Below, one piece after another: positions 1 through 10,664 of a DNA stretch of 64,000 nt. How positions within the stretch are numbered: position 1 is the stretch's first letter; every line of letters begins with the position of its first letter. The DNA is from an uncultured Alphaproteobacteria bacterium. GTDB taxonomy: Bacteria > Pseudomonadota > Alphaproteobacteria > Rhizobiales > Hyphomicrobiaceae. Position numbers and translations under genes: made by a program. The stretch spans positions 423-64,422 of the forward strand of contig CAVXTJ010000007.1 in the NCBI GenBank assembly GCA_963764605.1, in the 5' to 3' direction. The notes below the pieces were generated by a model. It searched no databases. It saw only the letters and a list, made by a program, of their open reading frames with translations, and was not told where the DNA came from.

Positions 1-1219
1 TGACCAAGGTCGGCATCCGCGATCCTGAAAAGCGGCTGTCTGGCTATCCGCATCAATTATCCGGCGGGCAGCGCCAGCGCGTGATGATTGCAATTGCACT
101 CGCCAACGAACCTGACTTGCTGATTGCCGACGAGCCGACGACCGCGCTCGACGTCACCATACAGGCACAGATTCTGGAACTCTTAAAGAAACTGCAAAAA
201 GAGATGGGCATGGCCATGCTGCTCATCACCCACGATCTCGGCATCGTCAGGCGCATGGCTGACCGCGTCTACGTGATGCAAAACGGCGAGATCGTCGAGA
301 CAGGCAACGCTAAAGACGTTTTCGAGACGCCGAAACACCCCTACACTCAGCACCTGCTCGCGGCAGAACCCAAAGGCACGCCGCCTGAAACTAACATGTC
401 CGGCCCGGTCGTCGTCGAGACCGACAATCTCAAAGTCTGGTTCCCGATCAAGCGCGGCCTGCTTCAGCGCACGGTCGATCATGTCAAAGCGGTTGATGGG
501 CTCACGATGAAGCTCCGCGCCGGGGAAACGCTCGGCGTCGTCGGCGAATCCGGGTTCTGGCAAGACAACACTCGGTCTCGCCATACTGCGGCTCATCTCA
601 TCCGAAGGGCCGATCGCCTACGTCGGCAACCGCATTGACGGATTCGACTCCAAAGCCATGCGGCCGTTGCGCAAAGAAATGCAGGTGGTATTCCAAGACC
701 CCTATGGCTCGCTTTCGCCGCGATCTGACTGTTGGTCAGATTATCGAAGAAGGCTTGCTCATTCAGCATCCCGAAATGGATGACGAGGCGCGGCGCGCCC
801 GCGTTGGCAAGGCATTGAAGGAAGTTGGGCTCGATCCCAATGCGCAGGACCGTTACCCGCACGAATTTTCCGGCGGCCAGCGCCAGCGCATCGCCATTGC
901 CCGCGCCATGGTGCTGGAGCCGAAATTCGTCATGCTGGACGAGCCTACAAGCGCGCTCGACATGAGCGTCCAGGCACAGATTGTTGATCTCTTGCGTGAC
1001 TTGCAGAAGAAGCGCGAGCTTGCTTATTTGTTCATCAGTCACGACCTCAAAGTCGTGCGCGCGCTGTGCAACTATGTGATCGTTATGCGCAACGGCAAGG
1101 TGGTGGAAGAAGGCCCCGCGCGCGAGATCTTCGAGCATCCCAAAGACGACTACACGAAAGCATTGCTTGCAGCCGCGCTTGATCACCGCGTCGCGCATAG
1201 GGGCGTACTGGCGAACTAA
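1..1219 (+). CDS. Peptide/dipeptide (YejF-like) ABC transporter double ATP-binding protein, 5' partial, one frameshift at about 552-554
   Basis: Two NBDs: [20 protein letters not shown] (ORF 81..638) and [19 protein letters not shown] (635..1219). The second Walker A reads GESGSGKTT if one G of ggg 552-554 is removed. Confidence 0.85.
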
Positions 1220-1232
1220 TCTCTGAACCCGC

Positions 1233-2154
1233 TTACGACTGCGGCTTCACCAGCCGCTTGATAGCCGTGATGTGCGCGCCAGTCTTTGCATTGCGTTGGA
1301 TGGCTTCTGACAGCGGCTCGTTGACAACCATCATATGATGCGCATTGGCGTGCACTAACATGAGGCCATCCGTCATGATGCCGACGTGTCCTTTCCAGAA
1401 CACAAGATCGCCGCGCAATAAGCCTTCGTCCACCTCGGACACCGGCACGGAAACGCCAAGTTCCGCCTGTTGCATGTCGCTGTCTCGCGGCGCGGCAATT
1501 CCGGCAGCATGAAGCGACATTTGCACAAGGCCCGAGCAATCGATGCCGATGCGCGTGCGCCCGCCCCACAGATAAGGGACGCCGATAAAGCGCTCGGCGA
1601 TTTCAACAAAATCGCGCGCAGTTCTGCTGAGCGGCGTCACATGACGGACCGACACGAAGCCGCCTTGCACGAGTTCCACGAAATTTATCGCTGGTCGAAC
1701 GCGCCTGTAGCACAGAGTTGAGTGCCAAATGCATGATGGGCGGCGCCTTGATATCCGGGAGTGGATAGAGAAATGTCCCCAACGCCTGGACACGGTGCGT
1801 CGGCATGGCAATTGAACGCGAAATTGCGTCCGCCGGAATATAGCCGACGTAGCGGTCGCGGATGAGCTGGACCCAGGCCCAGCCATTTGTTTCTTCATAG
1901 ATCGTCAGGCTTTCGCCAAACAGCGCCTCAGTTTCAAGACCAAGCGAAGCATCAGCCGACTTACGCAGCGGTACAGCCGGCCATACGATTTGCCCCGGTG
2001 TTCCTTCTACAAAGTGGGTCGCTGATACTTTGCCCTCAAGGTATTTGGCGGCAAGATCGGAGCGAAATGCATTGCGGCGCGGATCAAGCGGCATTTCGGG
2101 GCGAACGGGCGCCTTAGCTTCGGCGGCCGTCTTCTTGGAATCCGACTTGCTCAC
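1233..2154 (-). CDS. SH3 + NlpC/P60 (C40) cell-wall peptidase, frameshift at about 1681
   Basis: PYLWGG..GIDCSGLVQ and FWKGHVG motifs in 1233..1898; SH3-like N-part in 1603..2343; GTG start overlaps the upstream stop (GTGA). Confidence 0.85.
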
Positions 2155-3585
2155 GCTTGGAGCTCCGCCTGCAACACTTCCATCACCGCCCGTGCCGTCT
2201 GAGGCTCCCCGCCCTTTGGCCCCAACGGCCGCGGCGCCGTGCGCCAGCCGTAAAGATCGAAGTGCGCGAACCGGCCTGCATTTTTGACAAACCGGCGCAG
2301 AAAGAGTGCCGCCGTGATCGCGCCAGCAAAGGGAGTATCCCACACATTATTCATGTCCGCGACATCGCTTTCGAGATGACGGCGGTACCCCTCCCAAAGA
2401 GGGAGGCGCCAGACGGGATCTCCAATCTTGGCTGAGAGTGACGTCAAAGCGGCCGCGAATTGATCGTCGTCAGTAAAGAACGCAGGAAGATCTGGCCCAA
2501 GCGCGGTGCGCGCCGCGCCTGTTAGAGTGGCAAATACGAAGATGCTTTTAGGAGATTCTTCATCCGCCAAAGCGAGCGCATCTGCCAGAACGAGGCGCCC
2601 TTCGGCGTCTGTATTGCCAATCTCGATCGATAACCCGGCACGGCTCTTCAAGATATCGCCCGGACGGAAGGCGTCTCCGGCAATAGAATTTTCGGCAACT
2701 GGCAGCAGAATACGCAACCGGCACTTGAGTTTTTGACCCATGATCATGTGACCGAGCGCAAGCGCCGTGGCCGCGCCGCCCATGTCCTTCTTCATAATGA
2801 GCATGGCGCTCGAAGGCTTGATATCGAGCCCGCCGGTATCGAAAGTGATGCCTTTGCCGACGAGCGTAATTTTCTCGCCGTCAACCGGACCCCACGTTAT
2901 GTCGATGAGCCGGGGTACACGCGGATGGGCGCGGCCAACGGCATGAATCATCGGCAGATTATGTTTGAGAAGATCATCACCCTTGATGACGGAAATATTG
3001 GCACCGTGGCGGCTCGCGATATCGCGCGCGGCCTGTTCGAGTTCATCGGGGCCCATGTCGGATGCCGGGGTATTGATCAGGTCGCGGCCAAACCAAATTG
3101 CTTCAACTATGTTGGTGACGCGCGCTGTGTTTGCTCCGGGTGGGATGCAGAGCTGAGCGCGCGGTGCTTCTTTAACTTTCTGATCTTTGCCGCGATACCG
3201 CGTGAAACGATAGGCTCCAAGCCCCCAGGCGATGGCGGCAAGGTCAGAACTAACCGGCCTACTGGCAAGCCGGTATCGTCCGGCCGGAACGCTTGAAGGC
3301 AATTGACCAAGCAGCAATTCAGACGGGCCGCTAGGTTCGCCCGCAGCGCCGTTACCGGCGCCCAGAACCACGCCACTTAATTTGCCGCCTGCATCAGGAA
3401 GCAAAATCGATTTCTTGGCTAGCACCCGAAAACTTCTGCGCTTCGAGCCAAGCACACTGCGAAGCGTTGAGCCCCATTTTTTGCAGATCCGCGTCCTGTT
3501 GCACCAAATAGACCGGCACCGTGGCTGCCAAATCATCTGCAGAAGCGAATACGCTCGACGCATTCCATGCCGTCGTTTCGGTCAT
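2151..3585 (-). CDS. Leucyl aminopeptidase family (M17), frameshift at about 3420
   Basis: LVGKGITFDTGG, MKKDMGGAA and NTDAEGRL motifs; the true N-terminus (MTETTAW) lies in ORF 3394..3630. Confidence 0.9.
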
Positions 3586-3780
3586 CAGTTCATTACCCCT
3601 TCGACCCATTTGGCGAAAGTCACTCGCCAAAGATCCGGCGCGAATATTCGTAGACTAACAATAGTACGACAATGCGGGCCGAAACGGCCAGGCTCGACAC
3701 CGCATTCCACAGCAAGCCATAGCCCCACAGCGCTAACTGCCCTCCGATAAGTTGCATGAACATGGCAATTAGAGGGTGGA

Positions 3781-3796
3781 TTAAGCGTTTATTGAC
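3781..3796 (+). promoter_or_regulatory. CtrA-like box upstream of tadD
   Basis: TTAA-GCGTTTA-TTGAC, one mismatch to TTAA-N7-TTAAC, about 70 bp before the ATG. Confidence 0.5.
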
Positions 3797-3862
3797 CCGC
3801 GTCCCGGAAACTGACAATTGCAGCGATTCGGGCTGATTTGCCGACTGACTGGAGACCATCTC

Positions 3863-4840
3863 ATGGCGCAACTCATGGCGCATCCCTCAAATTTAAGCCC
3901 CTTCCGCACCTTTAAGGTTGCCTCCCTTGCCGCCTCGCTCATGCTGGGTGGCTGCTCCCTGTCGAGCGAATTGCTCTCCGACCCGGCCATGCCACTTGCA
4001 TCGGCCGATAGTTCGGCAAAGGGGACAAATACACAGACCGAGTTGCAAAAAGCGACCGAGTACTGGGGCCAGGAATACCAGAAAAAGCCAGCCGATCTTC
4101 AAATCGCGCTCAATTACTCCCGCAATCTTAAAGCGCTTGGCGAAAAGCAAAAGGCCTTCTCAATTCTGCAGCAGGCCAGTGTCTTGCACGGCAGCAATAC
4201 CGAGCTTGCCAGCGAATACGGACGAATGGCTTTAGACTTCGACCAGTTGAATGTGGCTTCAAGATTGCTCGAAATGGCCGACAGCCCAACCAACCCGGAC
4301 TGGAAAGTCATATCGGCACGCGGCACTGTTTTGGCAAAACAAGGCCAATACAAGCAGGCGATACCGTTTTACGAGCGCGCATTAGCCTTGGCACCCAATC
4401 AAACTTCGATTCTGAACAACCTGGCACTTGCCAATGCCATGAGCGGAGACGCCAAAAAAGCGGAAGAAATTCTCCGCAACGTCGCCGACAAAGGGGACAA
4501 CTCGCCCAAGGTCAAACAAAACCTTGCCCTTGTGCTCGGTCTTCAAGGAAAATATGACGAAGCCACAACCTTAAGCGGCACGTCCCTCTCCGCCGATGCA
4601 GCTGCTGCCAATAGCGACTATGTCCGCAAGATGGTCCGGCTCACGCCACAAACATCGCCGGCCGGTGCAGGTTCAACAGCGGTCCCTGCCTTTGCGACAC
4701 GCGTGGTCCCGACAGCCGGCACCGCAACTGCGGTATTCAAGCCTGCTGTCAATGAGCAAGGTTCGGCAGCAGCAGCCTGGCAGACAGATATTGCTAGCAG
4801 TGAAGACACCGCGCCCGCACTCAAAGGCTCGACGCGCTAA
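3863..4840 (+). CDS. tadD: TPR pilus-assembly lipoprotein (TadD-like)
   Basis: Lipobox LMLGG-C, TPR helices (AIPFYERALALAP, ILNNLALA), next to tadC, GGAGA RBS at 3851. Confidence 0.75.
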   Translation: MAQLMAHPSNLSPFRTFKVASLAASLMLGGCSLSSELLSDPAMPLASADSSAKGTNTQTELQKATEYWGQEYQKKPADLQIALNYSRNLKALGEKQKAFSILQQASVLHGSNTELASEYGRMALDFDQLNVASRLLEMADSPTNPDWKVISARGTVLAKQGQYKQAIPFYERALALAPNQTSILNNLALANAMSGDAKKAEEILRNVADKGDNSPKVKQNLALVLGLQGKYDEATTLSGTSLSADAAAANSDYVRKMVRLTPQTSPAGAGSTAVPAFATRVVPTAGTATAVFKPAVNEQGSAAAAWQTDIASSEDTAPALKGSTR

Positions 4841-4876
4841 CCTCTACAAGCTTCCGTCTTTGGTTATAAAATTCAA

Positions 4877-4908
4877 GCGCGCTGGCACCCTGTCAGCGCG
4901 TTTTTTTT
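4877..4908 (+). terminator. Intrinsic terminator after tadD
   Basis: Stem gcgcgctggca-ccc-tgtcagcgcg followed by T8. Confidence 0.8.
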
Positions 4909-4959
4909 CGCGCCTTTGTGTCAAGTGCAGCTTGCGGACCACTAAACACAGCACAGCTG

Positions 4960-5001
4960 AAAAATGAAAATGGCCCCGGCCTCGTGAGAGAGCCGGAGCC
5001 A
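4960..5001 (-). terminator. Probable terminator after tadC
   Basis: Imperfect GC stem 4971-5001 followed on the minus strand by TTTTCATTTTT. Confidence 0.55.
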
Positions 5002-5033
5002 AAACGCAACACTAAACTGTTGGACGTGGGGGC

Positions 5034-6017
5034 CTAAGGCCTCTGCATACCCATGACGCCAATACCGGCGGGTCCAAGAATGACGATAAAGAGAACGGGC
5101 AGAAAGAATACGATCATTGGAACCGTCAGCTTCGGCGGAAGGGCGGCTGCCTTACGTTCCGCTTCCGACTGCCGTGCTTCGCGGTTTTCCTTTGCCATCG
5201 TTCTTAAGGCCTGCCCAACCGGTGTGCCGTAGCGTTCGGCCTGAATGAGCGCGGTTGCCACTGCTTTGACCCCTGGTAGTCCGGTCCGCTTTCCTAGGTT
5301 CTCATAGGCCTGACGGCGATCCGACAGGTAGGACAATTCAGCCGTCGTCAGTGTCATTTCTTCGGCAAGTTCGACCGACTGAGAGGCTACTTCTTTGGAC
5401 ACCTTGCCGAAGGCTGCTTCAATCGACATACCCGATTGAACGCAAATCAGCAGCATGTCGAGAGCATCAGGGAACGACTGCTTGATGGACTGCTGACGCT
5501 TCTGCGCGATATTTTGAATGACGACGTTCGGCACATAAAAGCCCAAGAAACCGCCAAGCACGCCCATCATGAACTTGATCAAGGGCGGATACTTCACGTC
5601 CCCGATGAAGAACACGTAGACCAAAGAACCGATAAACAAAATGATTGGAGCCAACATGCGAAAGAACATGAAGGCCACGATCGGCTTTTGCCCGCGCAGA
5701 CCAGCCATTTTGAGTTTTTCGCGAAGCTCTTCGTTATCAAACTTCTCGCGCAGGTCGAGCATATCGACGATGCGGTTCATGAAGCCCTTAGGCGTTTGAC
5801 GCAACTTTGCGCCTTGCCGCTCTTTCGCGCTCATTTCCGCGAGGCGTGCGGTGCGCATACGATCGCGCTCGATCGCCATTTCCTTCATTCGCTGGTTCAT
5901 ACGATCGCGTGCCAGCATCGGCATGGCAATCGTAAGTACGGTCGCGAACACACACACCGCTGCCAAGACCGTGGCGGCCATTTGCGGGTTCATGACGGTT
6001 TCGACAAATTCCATCAT
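5034..6017 (-). CDS. tadC: Tad inner-membrane platform protein TadC (T2SSF family)
   Basis: FPDALDMLLICVQSG, LIQAERYGTP and LPPKLTVPM motifs. Confidence 0.92.
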   Translation of the reverse strand: MMEFVETVMNPQMAATVLAAVCVFATVLTIAMPMLARDRMNQRMKEMAIERDRMRTARLAEMSAKERQGAKLRQTPKGFMNRIVDMLDLREKFDNEELREKLKMAGLRGQKPIVAFMFFRMLAPIILFIGSLVYVFFIGDVKYPPLIKFMMGVLGGFLGFYVPNVVIQNIAQKRQQSIKQSFPDALDMLLICVQSGMSIEAAFGKVSKEVASQSVELAEEMTLTTAELSYLSDRRQAYENLGKRTGLPGVKAVATALIQAERYGTPVGQALRTMAKENREARQSEAERKAAALPPKLTVPMIVFFLPVLFIVILGPAGIGVMGMQRP

Positions 6018-6083
6018 CTGCGGATCATTTCGTTAGAGTGCGGTGTTCAGATCAGTGAGTGGCCGAACGGTGCTTGTAGCCGC

Positions 6084-7085
6084 TCAAAACTTGAAGTTGA
6101 TCATTTTACGCATGACAAGAATACCAGTCGTCATCCAGACGGCGCCGAAGCACAGCATGAATTTTCCAACCGTCGTGGTGAACAGCGGCACGAGATAGTC
6201 GGGAGATGACAGATAGACCATGAGCATGACCGTGGGCGGTAACGACCCGAGCACCATCGCAGAAGCTTTGGCTTCTGCCGAAAGTGCTCTCACCTTCTGC
6301 TGCAACCGGATCCGGTCACGCAAAACGCCGGAGAGGTTGCCAAGTGCTTCCGATAGGTTGCCGCCGGCTTGCTGCTGAATTGAGATAACAATCGCCAGGA
6401 AGCGCACTTCCGCTAGCGGCAAGCGCTGCGACATGCGTTCCAATGCGTCACCAAGGGGCACGCCCAAGCGCTGCTCTTCGACAACTTCACGGAACTCGCT
6501 GGCAATCGGCTCAGGGCTCTCGCGTGCAATAATTCCAAGACACTCGTTTAGCGGCAAGCCTGTCTTTACGCCACGCACGACAACGTCCACGGCGTTGGCC
6601 AATTCATTAAGAAATTTATTCTGACGGCGTTTGGTGAGCTTGCCCAAGAACCAGCGAGGCAAGCCGAAAGCCCCGACAAATCCAGCAACACCCGCAGCCG
6701 CCAACGGTGCCGATGTGCCGAATTTTATAGCTGAGAACAGTACTATCCCGGCAATCGCACTCGCGATGTAGAAATCCCGCGGCGTCATTTCCAGGCCGGA
6801 GCGCTCTAGACGCAGGCGAATGGTGAGCTTCTCTTTTGCCTTCTGCCGCAACTCGATCTCCTTAAGTGAGTCAGCAACCGATTTTTTCCGGCTTGATGCT
6901 TGATCGCCGGCGCCCGACGCTGGTGTCCCTAGCCGGCGGTTGCGCGATTCGGAAACGTTCTGAACGCGCTTGTCCTTGGCCCGCTCACCCGAAATAAAGG
7001 GAAATATGATTGCGAAGACGACGCCTGCAACTGCAAGCGCCGCCAGTCCGGCAACAACCATTGGACTAATTTCACCATCAAGCAT
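6084..7085 (-). CDS. tadB: Tad inner-membrane platform protein TadB
   Basis: VVRGVKTGLPL, IQQQAGGNLSEAL and KVRALSAEAKAS motifs; start overlaps the cpaF stop. Confidence 0.92.
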   Translation of the reverse strand: MLDGEISPMVVAGLAALAVAGVVFAIIFPFISGERAKDKRVQNVSESRNRRLGTPASGAGDQASSRKKSVADSLKEIELRQKAKEKLTIRLRLERSGLEMTPRDFYIASAIAGIVLFSAIKFGTSAPLAAAGVAGFVGAFGLPRWFLGKLTKRRQNKFLNELANAVDVVVRGVKTGLPLNECLGIIARESPEPIASEFREVVEEQRLGVPLGDALERMSQRLPLAEVRFLAIVISIQQQAGGNLSEALGNLSGVLRDRIRLQQKVRALSAEAKASAMVLGSLPPTVMLMVYLSSPDYLVPLFTTTVGKFMLCFGAVWMTTGILVMRKMINFKF

Positions 7086-8565
7086 TTTGTTCACCCATCG
7101 GGTTACCGTTGCCGTCGTTCACTTCCGACTCGGCCAATGCGCGCGCCAATCTCTCGGTCTCGCCGTAATATTCAGCGCGGTCCCAGAAGCGCGGGCGGGC
7201 AATACCAGTCGACCGGTGACGGCCCAGGATTTTGCCGTTGGCATCTTCGCCGGTAATTTCGAACACAATGATGTTCTGAAGGGTGACGACTTCGCCTTCC
7301 ATACCCAACACTTCGGTGATGTGCGTGATTTTACGCGAGCCGTCTCTAAGGCGCGACGCCTGAACGATAACGTCGATCGACCCCGTGATCATTTCGCGAA
7401 TGGTCTTCACGGGCAGCGCGTAGCCGCCCATCATGATCATGCTTTCCAGACGGCTGATGGCTTCGCGGGGCGAGTTCGCGTGGAGCGTCCCCATGGAGCC
7501 GTCATGGCCCGTGTTCATGGCCTGGAGAAGATCGAAGGCCTCCGGGCCGCGGACTTCGCCGACGATGATGCGCTCGGGGCGCATACGAAGGCAGTTCTTG
7601 ATGAGGTCGCGCATCTTGATTTCGCCTTCGCCTTCAAGGTTCGGCGGGCGGGTTTCAAGGCGGACCACATGAGGCTGCTGCAGCTGAAGTTCGGCCGAAT
7701 CTTCGCAAGTGATGATGCGCTCTTCCATATCGATCGAACCGGTCATACAGTTGAGCAACGTCGTCTTGCCCGAACCTGTACCGCCAGAGATCAAGACGTT
7801 ACAGCGCACGCGGCCGATGATCTCGAGCACCGTTTTGGCTTGCGGGGTGATTGAGCCGAATTTCACCAACTGCTCAAGTCTCAGACGGTCTTTCTTAAAT
7901 TTACGAATAGTGAGGCACGGACCATCGATGGCGAGCGGAGGCGCGATAACGTTGACGCGTGAGCCATCCGGCAAACGCGCGTCGCAAATCGGGCTCGACT
8001 TGTCGACGCGACGGCCAACCTGGCTGACGATACGCTGGCAGATGTTCATCAGCTGCTGGTTGTCAGCAAAGCGCACGCCCGTCTTCTGAACCTTTCCGCC
8101 GACTTCGATAAACGTAGTCGAGGCACCATTGACCATGATATCGGCGATGTCATCGCGCGCCAACAGGGGCTCAAGGGGACCGTAACCCAGAACGTCGTTG
8201 CAGATATCTTCGAGCAGTTCCTCCTGCTCGGCAATCGACATGACGACGTTTTTAATCTGGATAATTTCGCTAACGATATCGCGAATTTCTTCGCGTGCCG
8301 CCGCGCCGTCCAGCTTCGACAACTGCGTCAGATCAATGGTGTCGATCAGCGCGTTGAACACCGTCGTTTTGACGTCGTAGTACTCTTCCGAATGGCGCCG
8401 CTGAGGCTCCTGAGCCGGCTCGATACGCGGTGCCGGCGCAGCAGGTTGCTGCACGCGCGCCGTCGCCACCGGTTTGGCTTCCGATGCGGCAGGAGCCGGT
8501 GAGATAGGTGCCTGTGAAGCAATGCGCTTCGGTGTTGCGGGATCGTTGCTACGCCGTCCGAACAT
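7078..8565 (-). CDS. cpaF: Pilus assembly ATPase CpaF/TadA
   Basis: [12 protein letters not shown] Walker [22 protein letters not shown]. Confidence 0.96.
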   Translation of the reverse strand: MFGRRSNDPATPKRIASQAPISPAPAASEAKPVATARVQQPAAPAPRIEPAQEPQRRHSEEYYDVKTTVFNALIDTIDLTQLSKLDGAAAREEIRDIVSEIIQIKNVVMSIAEQEELLEDICNDVLGYGPLEPLLARDDIADIMVNGASTTFIEVGGKVQKTGVRFADNQQLMNICQRIVSQVGRRVDKSSPICDARLPDGSRVNVIAPPLAIDGPCLTIRKFKKDRLRLEQLVKFGSITPQAKTVLEIIGRVRCNVLISGGTGSGKTTLLNCMTGSIDMEERIITCEDSAELQLQQPHVVRLETRPPNLEGEGEIKMRDLIKNCLRMRPERIIVGEVRGPEAFDLLQAMNTGHDGSMGTLHANSPREAISRLESMIMMGGYALPVKTIREMITGSIDVIVQASRLRDGSRKITHITEVLGMEGEVVTLQNIIVFEITGEDANGKILGRHRSTGIARPRFWDRAEYYGETERLARALAESEVNDGNGNPMGEQNA

Positions 8566-8577
8566 GCCGAAAGATCC

Positions 8578-9885
8578 TTAGCGTTTGAATTTAAATTTTT
8601 CGAGAAGCGGCGCGAGCGAAGAAAGAGCCGACGATGACTTCTTCTCAGATTTCATTTCTTTGCGGTGCGTCATACCCATGGCAATCTCGCGGAATTTCTC
8701 GGCCGCCTTAGCCTTGGGATCCATCTCTTCGATCATCTGGCCGTTGTTGGCAGCCTGACTGAAAGCTTCGCAGTCATATTCGATGACGGAAATTGCCTTG
8801 ATGTCGAGCGCCTGCTCGAACTCTTTCAAGGTGATTTCCTGACGCTTCGGCACACCTGACATGTTCAAGACAAGGTGAGGCTTGCCGTCATTCTTGCGCG
8901 AGGTCTTGAGGAGATCGACGATGTTCTTTGCGTTACGAAGGTTTGCAAGATCGGGAACAGCCGTGATGATGACTTCATCTGCCTGCAGGAGGACGCGCTT
9001 TGACCACGGTGCCCAGCCATGTGGCAAGTCAACTGCAACATACGGCACGTTCTGGCGTACGACATCGAGGACCATATCGCAGGCCTCTGGCGAGATCTCG
9101 TAATCGCGGTCCAAGACGACGGGTGCGGCGAAAATTGACAAGTGTTCCGAGCACTTGGTCAGCAGGCGATCAAGCAACTGATCGTCGAGACGTTCAGGTG
9201 CCGCAAGCGCTTCCGCGATACCCTGAACCGGATCTTGGTTGAAGTCCAAGCCGGTGGTTCCGAATGCCAGATCTAGATCTGCAATCGTTACATTGGATTT
9301 CAAAACTTCGGAGAGAGTCCAGGCAACGTTGTGGCAAATGGTGGATGAACCGACGCCACCCTTTGCCCCAATGAATGCAAACACATGCCCAACCGGATCG
9401 GTATCTGGATTGTTGTAAAGGTTCGAAATGCTTTCCATCATCGCCAACGGCTCGACCGGCGTGACCAGATATTCGCTAACGCCGCGCTTCAGCAGTTCGC
9501 GATACAAAAGCACGTCGTTATGACGGCCGACGACGATAACCCGGGTACCCGGATCGCAGCTCTCTGCAAGAGTGTCGAGTTCGTGAACCAATTGTGCGCC
9601 TTTGAGTGCGCTGTCCACGATGATCAGGTTCGGCGTCGGGCTATCGACATAGTGCGCAATCGCGGCTCCGATGCCTCCCATGTGCACGCTGACATGTGCC
9701 TTGGAAAGACGGCGGTCTTCAGCCGCGTACTGAAGCACCTCGGCCGTCCGCTGATCGTCGCAGAAAGCCTGGATCGAAATCCGCGGAATGGGACGCGCGC
9801 GTTCTGTGCCGCCTTGCGCCGCATCTTGGGGCGTTTCCGCGTCGTCGAATTCGTCGTCAAGGACCGTTTGTGCTTGTCTAGACAT
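8578..9885 (-). CDS. cpaE: Pilus localisation protein CpaE/TadZ (receiver-like + MinD-like)
   Basis: GAKGGVGSSTI deviant P-loop; LYRELLKRGVSEYL. Confidence 0.92.
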   Translation of the reverse strand: MSRQAQTVLDDEFDDAETPQDAAQGGTERARPIPRISIQAFCDDQRTAEVLQYAAEDRRLSKAHVSVHMGGIGAAIAHYVDSPTPNLIIVDSALKGAQLVHELDTLAESCDPGTRVIVVGRHNDVLLYRELLKRGVSEYLVTPVEPLAMMESISNLYNNPDTDPVGHVFAFIGAKGGVGSSTICHNVAWTLSEVLKSNVTIADLDLAFGTTGLDFNQDPVQGIAEALAAPERLDDQLLDRLLTKCSEHLSIFAAPVVLDRDYEISPEACDMVLDVVRQNVPYVAVDLPHGWAPWSKRVLLQADEVIITAVPDLANLRNAKNIVDLLKTSRKNDGKPHLVLNMSGVPKRQEITLKEFEQALDIKAISVIEYDCEAFSQAANNGQMIEEMDPKAKAAEKFREIAMGMTHRKEMKSEKKSSSALSSLAPLLEKFKFKR

Positions 9886-9902
9886 GACTTCCAATCCTCA
9901 CT

Positions 9903-10643
9903 TTAGTTTTTGTTCGTTTGGACGCGCTCATCGGCCGACTTCTTGGTCGCCGTGACGTCACCCTTCACGTATTTGTCCATGACCTCGTCGCGCCGTTCGG
10001 CGTAACGCTGCCCTTCAGTGCGGGGCCCGAGAAGATCGGCTGGGTTTGCGATCATGCCAGCGAGATTGCGCTGATTGGAGCATCCAAAGTTCGGATAGGC
10101 ATTGTTATTGGGCCCATGCGCAAGGTTCTCCGACCAGTCATGGCCACACTGCGGGCCTTCGGCGACGTAGCGCATATACGAGATGCGAATTGCCGGCTCG
10201 TTGTTGCTTTCGTCGTTGAAGGCTTCAACCGTAATGCCCGATTCACTGAAGCCGCCATCAAGCAGGAGCCCACGGATATCTTCGGTCGCGTTCATCGCTG
10301 CCACTTCGTTCGGCGCACCGCTCGGAACTGAAATGACAAGCCGGCTGTTGCCAGCGTCGGCCGCGCGGTAGCGATTGACGAAGTCGACGACATCAGCGCG
10401 CTGTACAGGCGAAAGCCCGTGGGCGCCGCGTGGCACATGAACATTGAGATGCGCCGGCTGCTGCGACACCATGATCGGATGGCGCTGGTTAGGATCCAGA
10501 AGCGACCATCCGGCCACTTTAGAGTGATCATCCGAAGTCTTGCAGCCAGCAAGTGCGGCAGCCATAAGGACAGCGGTTAGAACCTTGCGGCCACTAACGA
10601 GAGGCTGCGGTTGCCCGTGCGATTTCGAGATTTTTGACGTCAT
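9903..10643 (-). CDS. cpaD: Pilus assembly lipoprotein CpaD
   Basis: Lipobox ALAG-C, HPIMV, NFGCSNQRNLAGMIANPADL. Confidence 0.9.
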   Translation of the reverse strand: MTSKISKSHGQPQPLVSGRKVLTAVLMAAALAGCKTSDDHSKVAGWSLLDPNQRHPIMVSQQPAHLNVHVPRGAHGLSPVQRADVVDFVNRYRAADAGNSRLVISVPSGAPNEVAAMNATEDIRGLLLDGGFSESGITVEAFNDESNNEPAIRISYMRYVAEGPQCGHDWSENLAHGPNNNAYPNFGCSNQRNLAGMIANPADLLGPRTEGQRYAERRDEVMDKYVKGDVTATKKSADERVQTNKN

Positions 10644-10664
10644 GATACTTCTCCAGTGCACGAG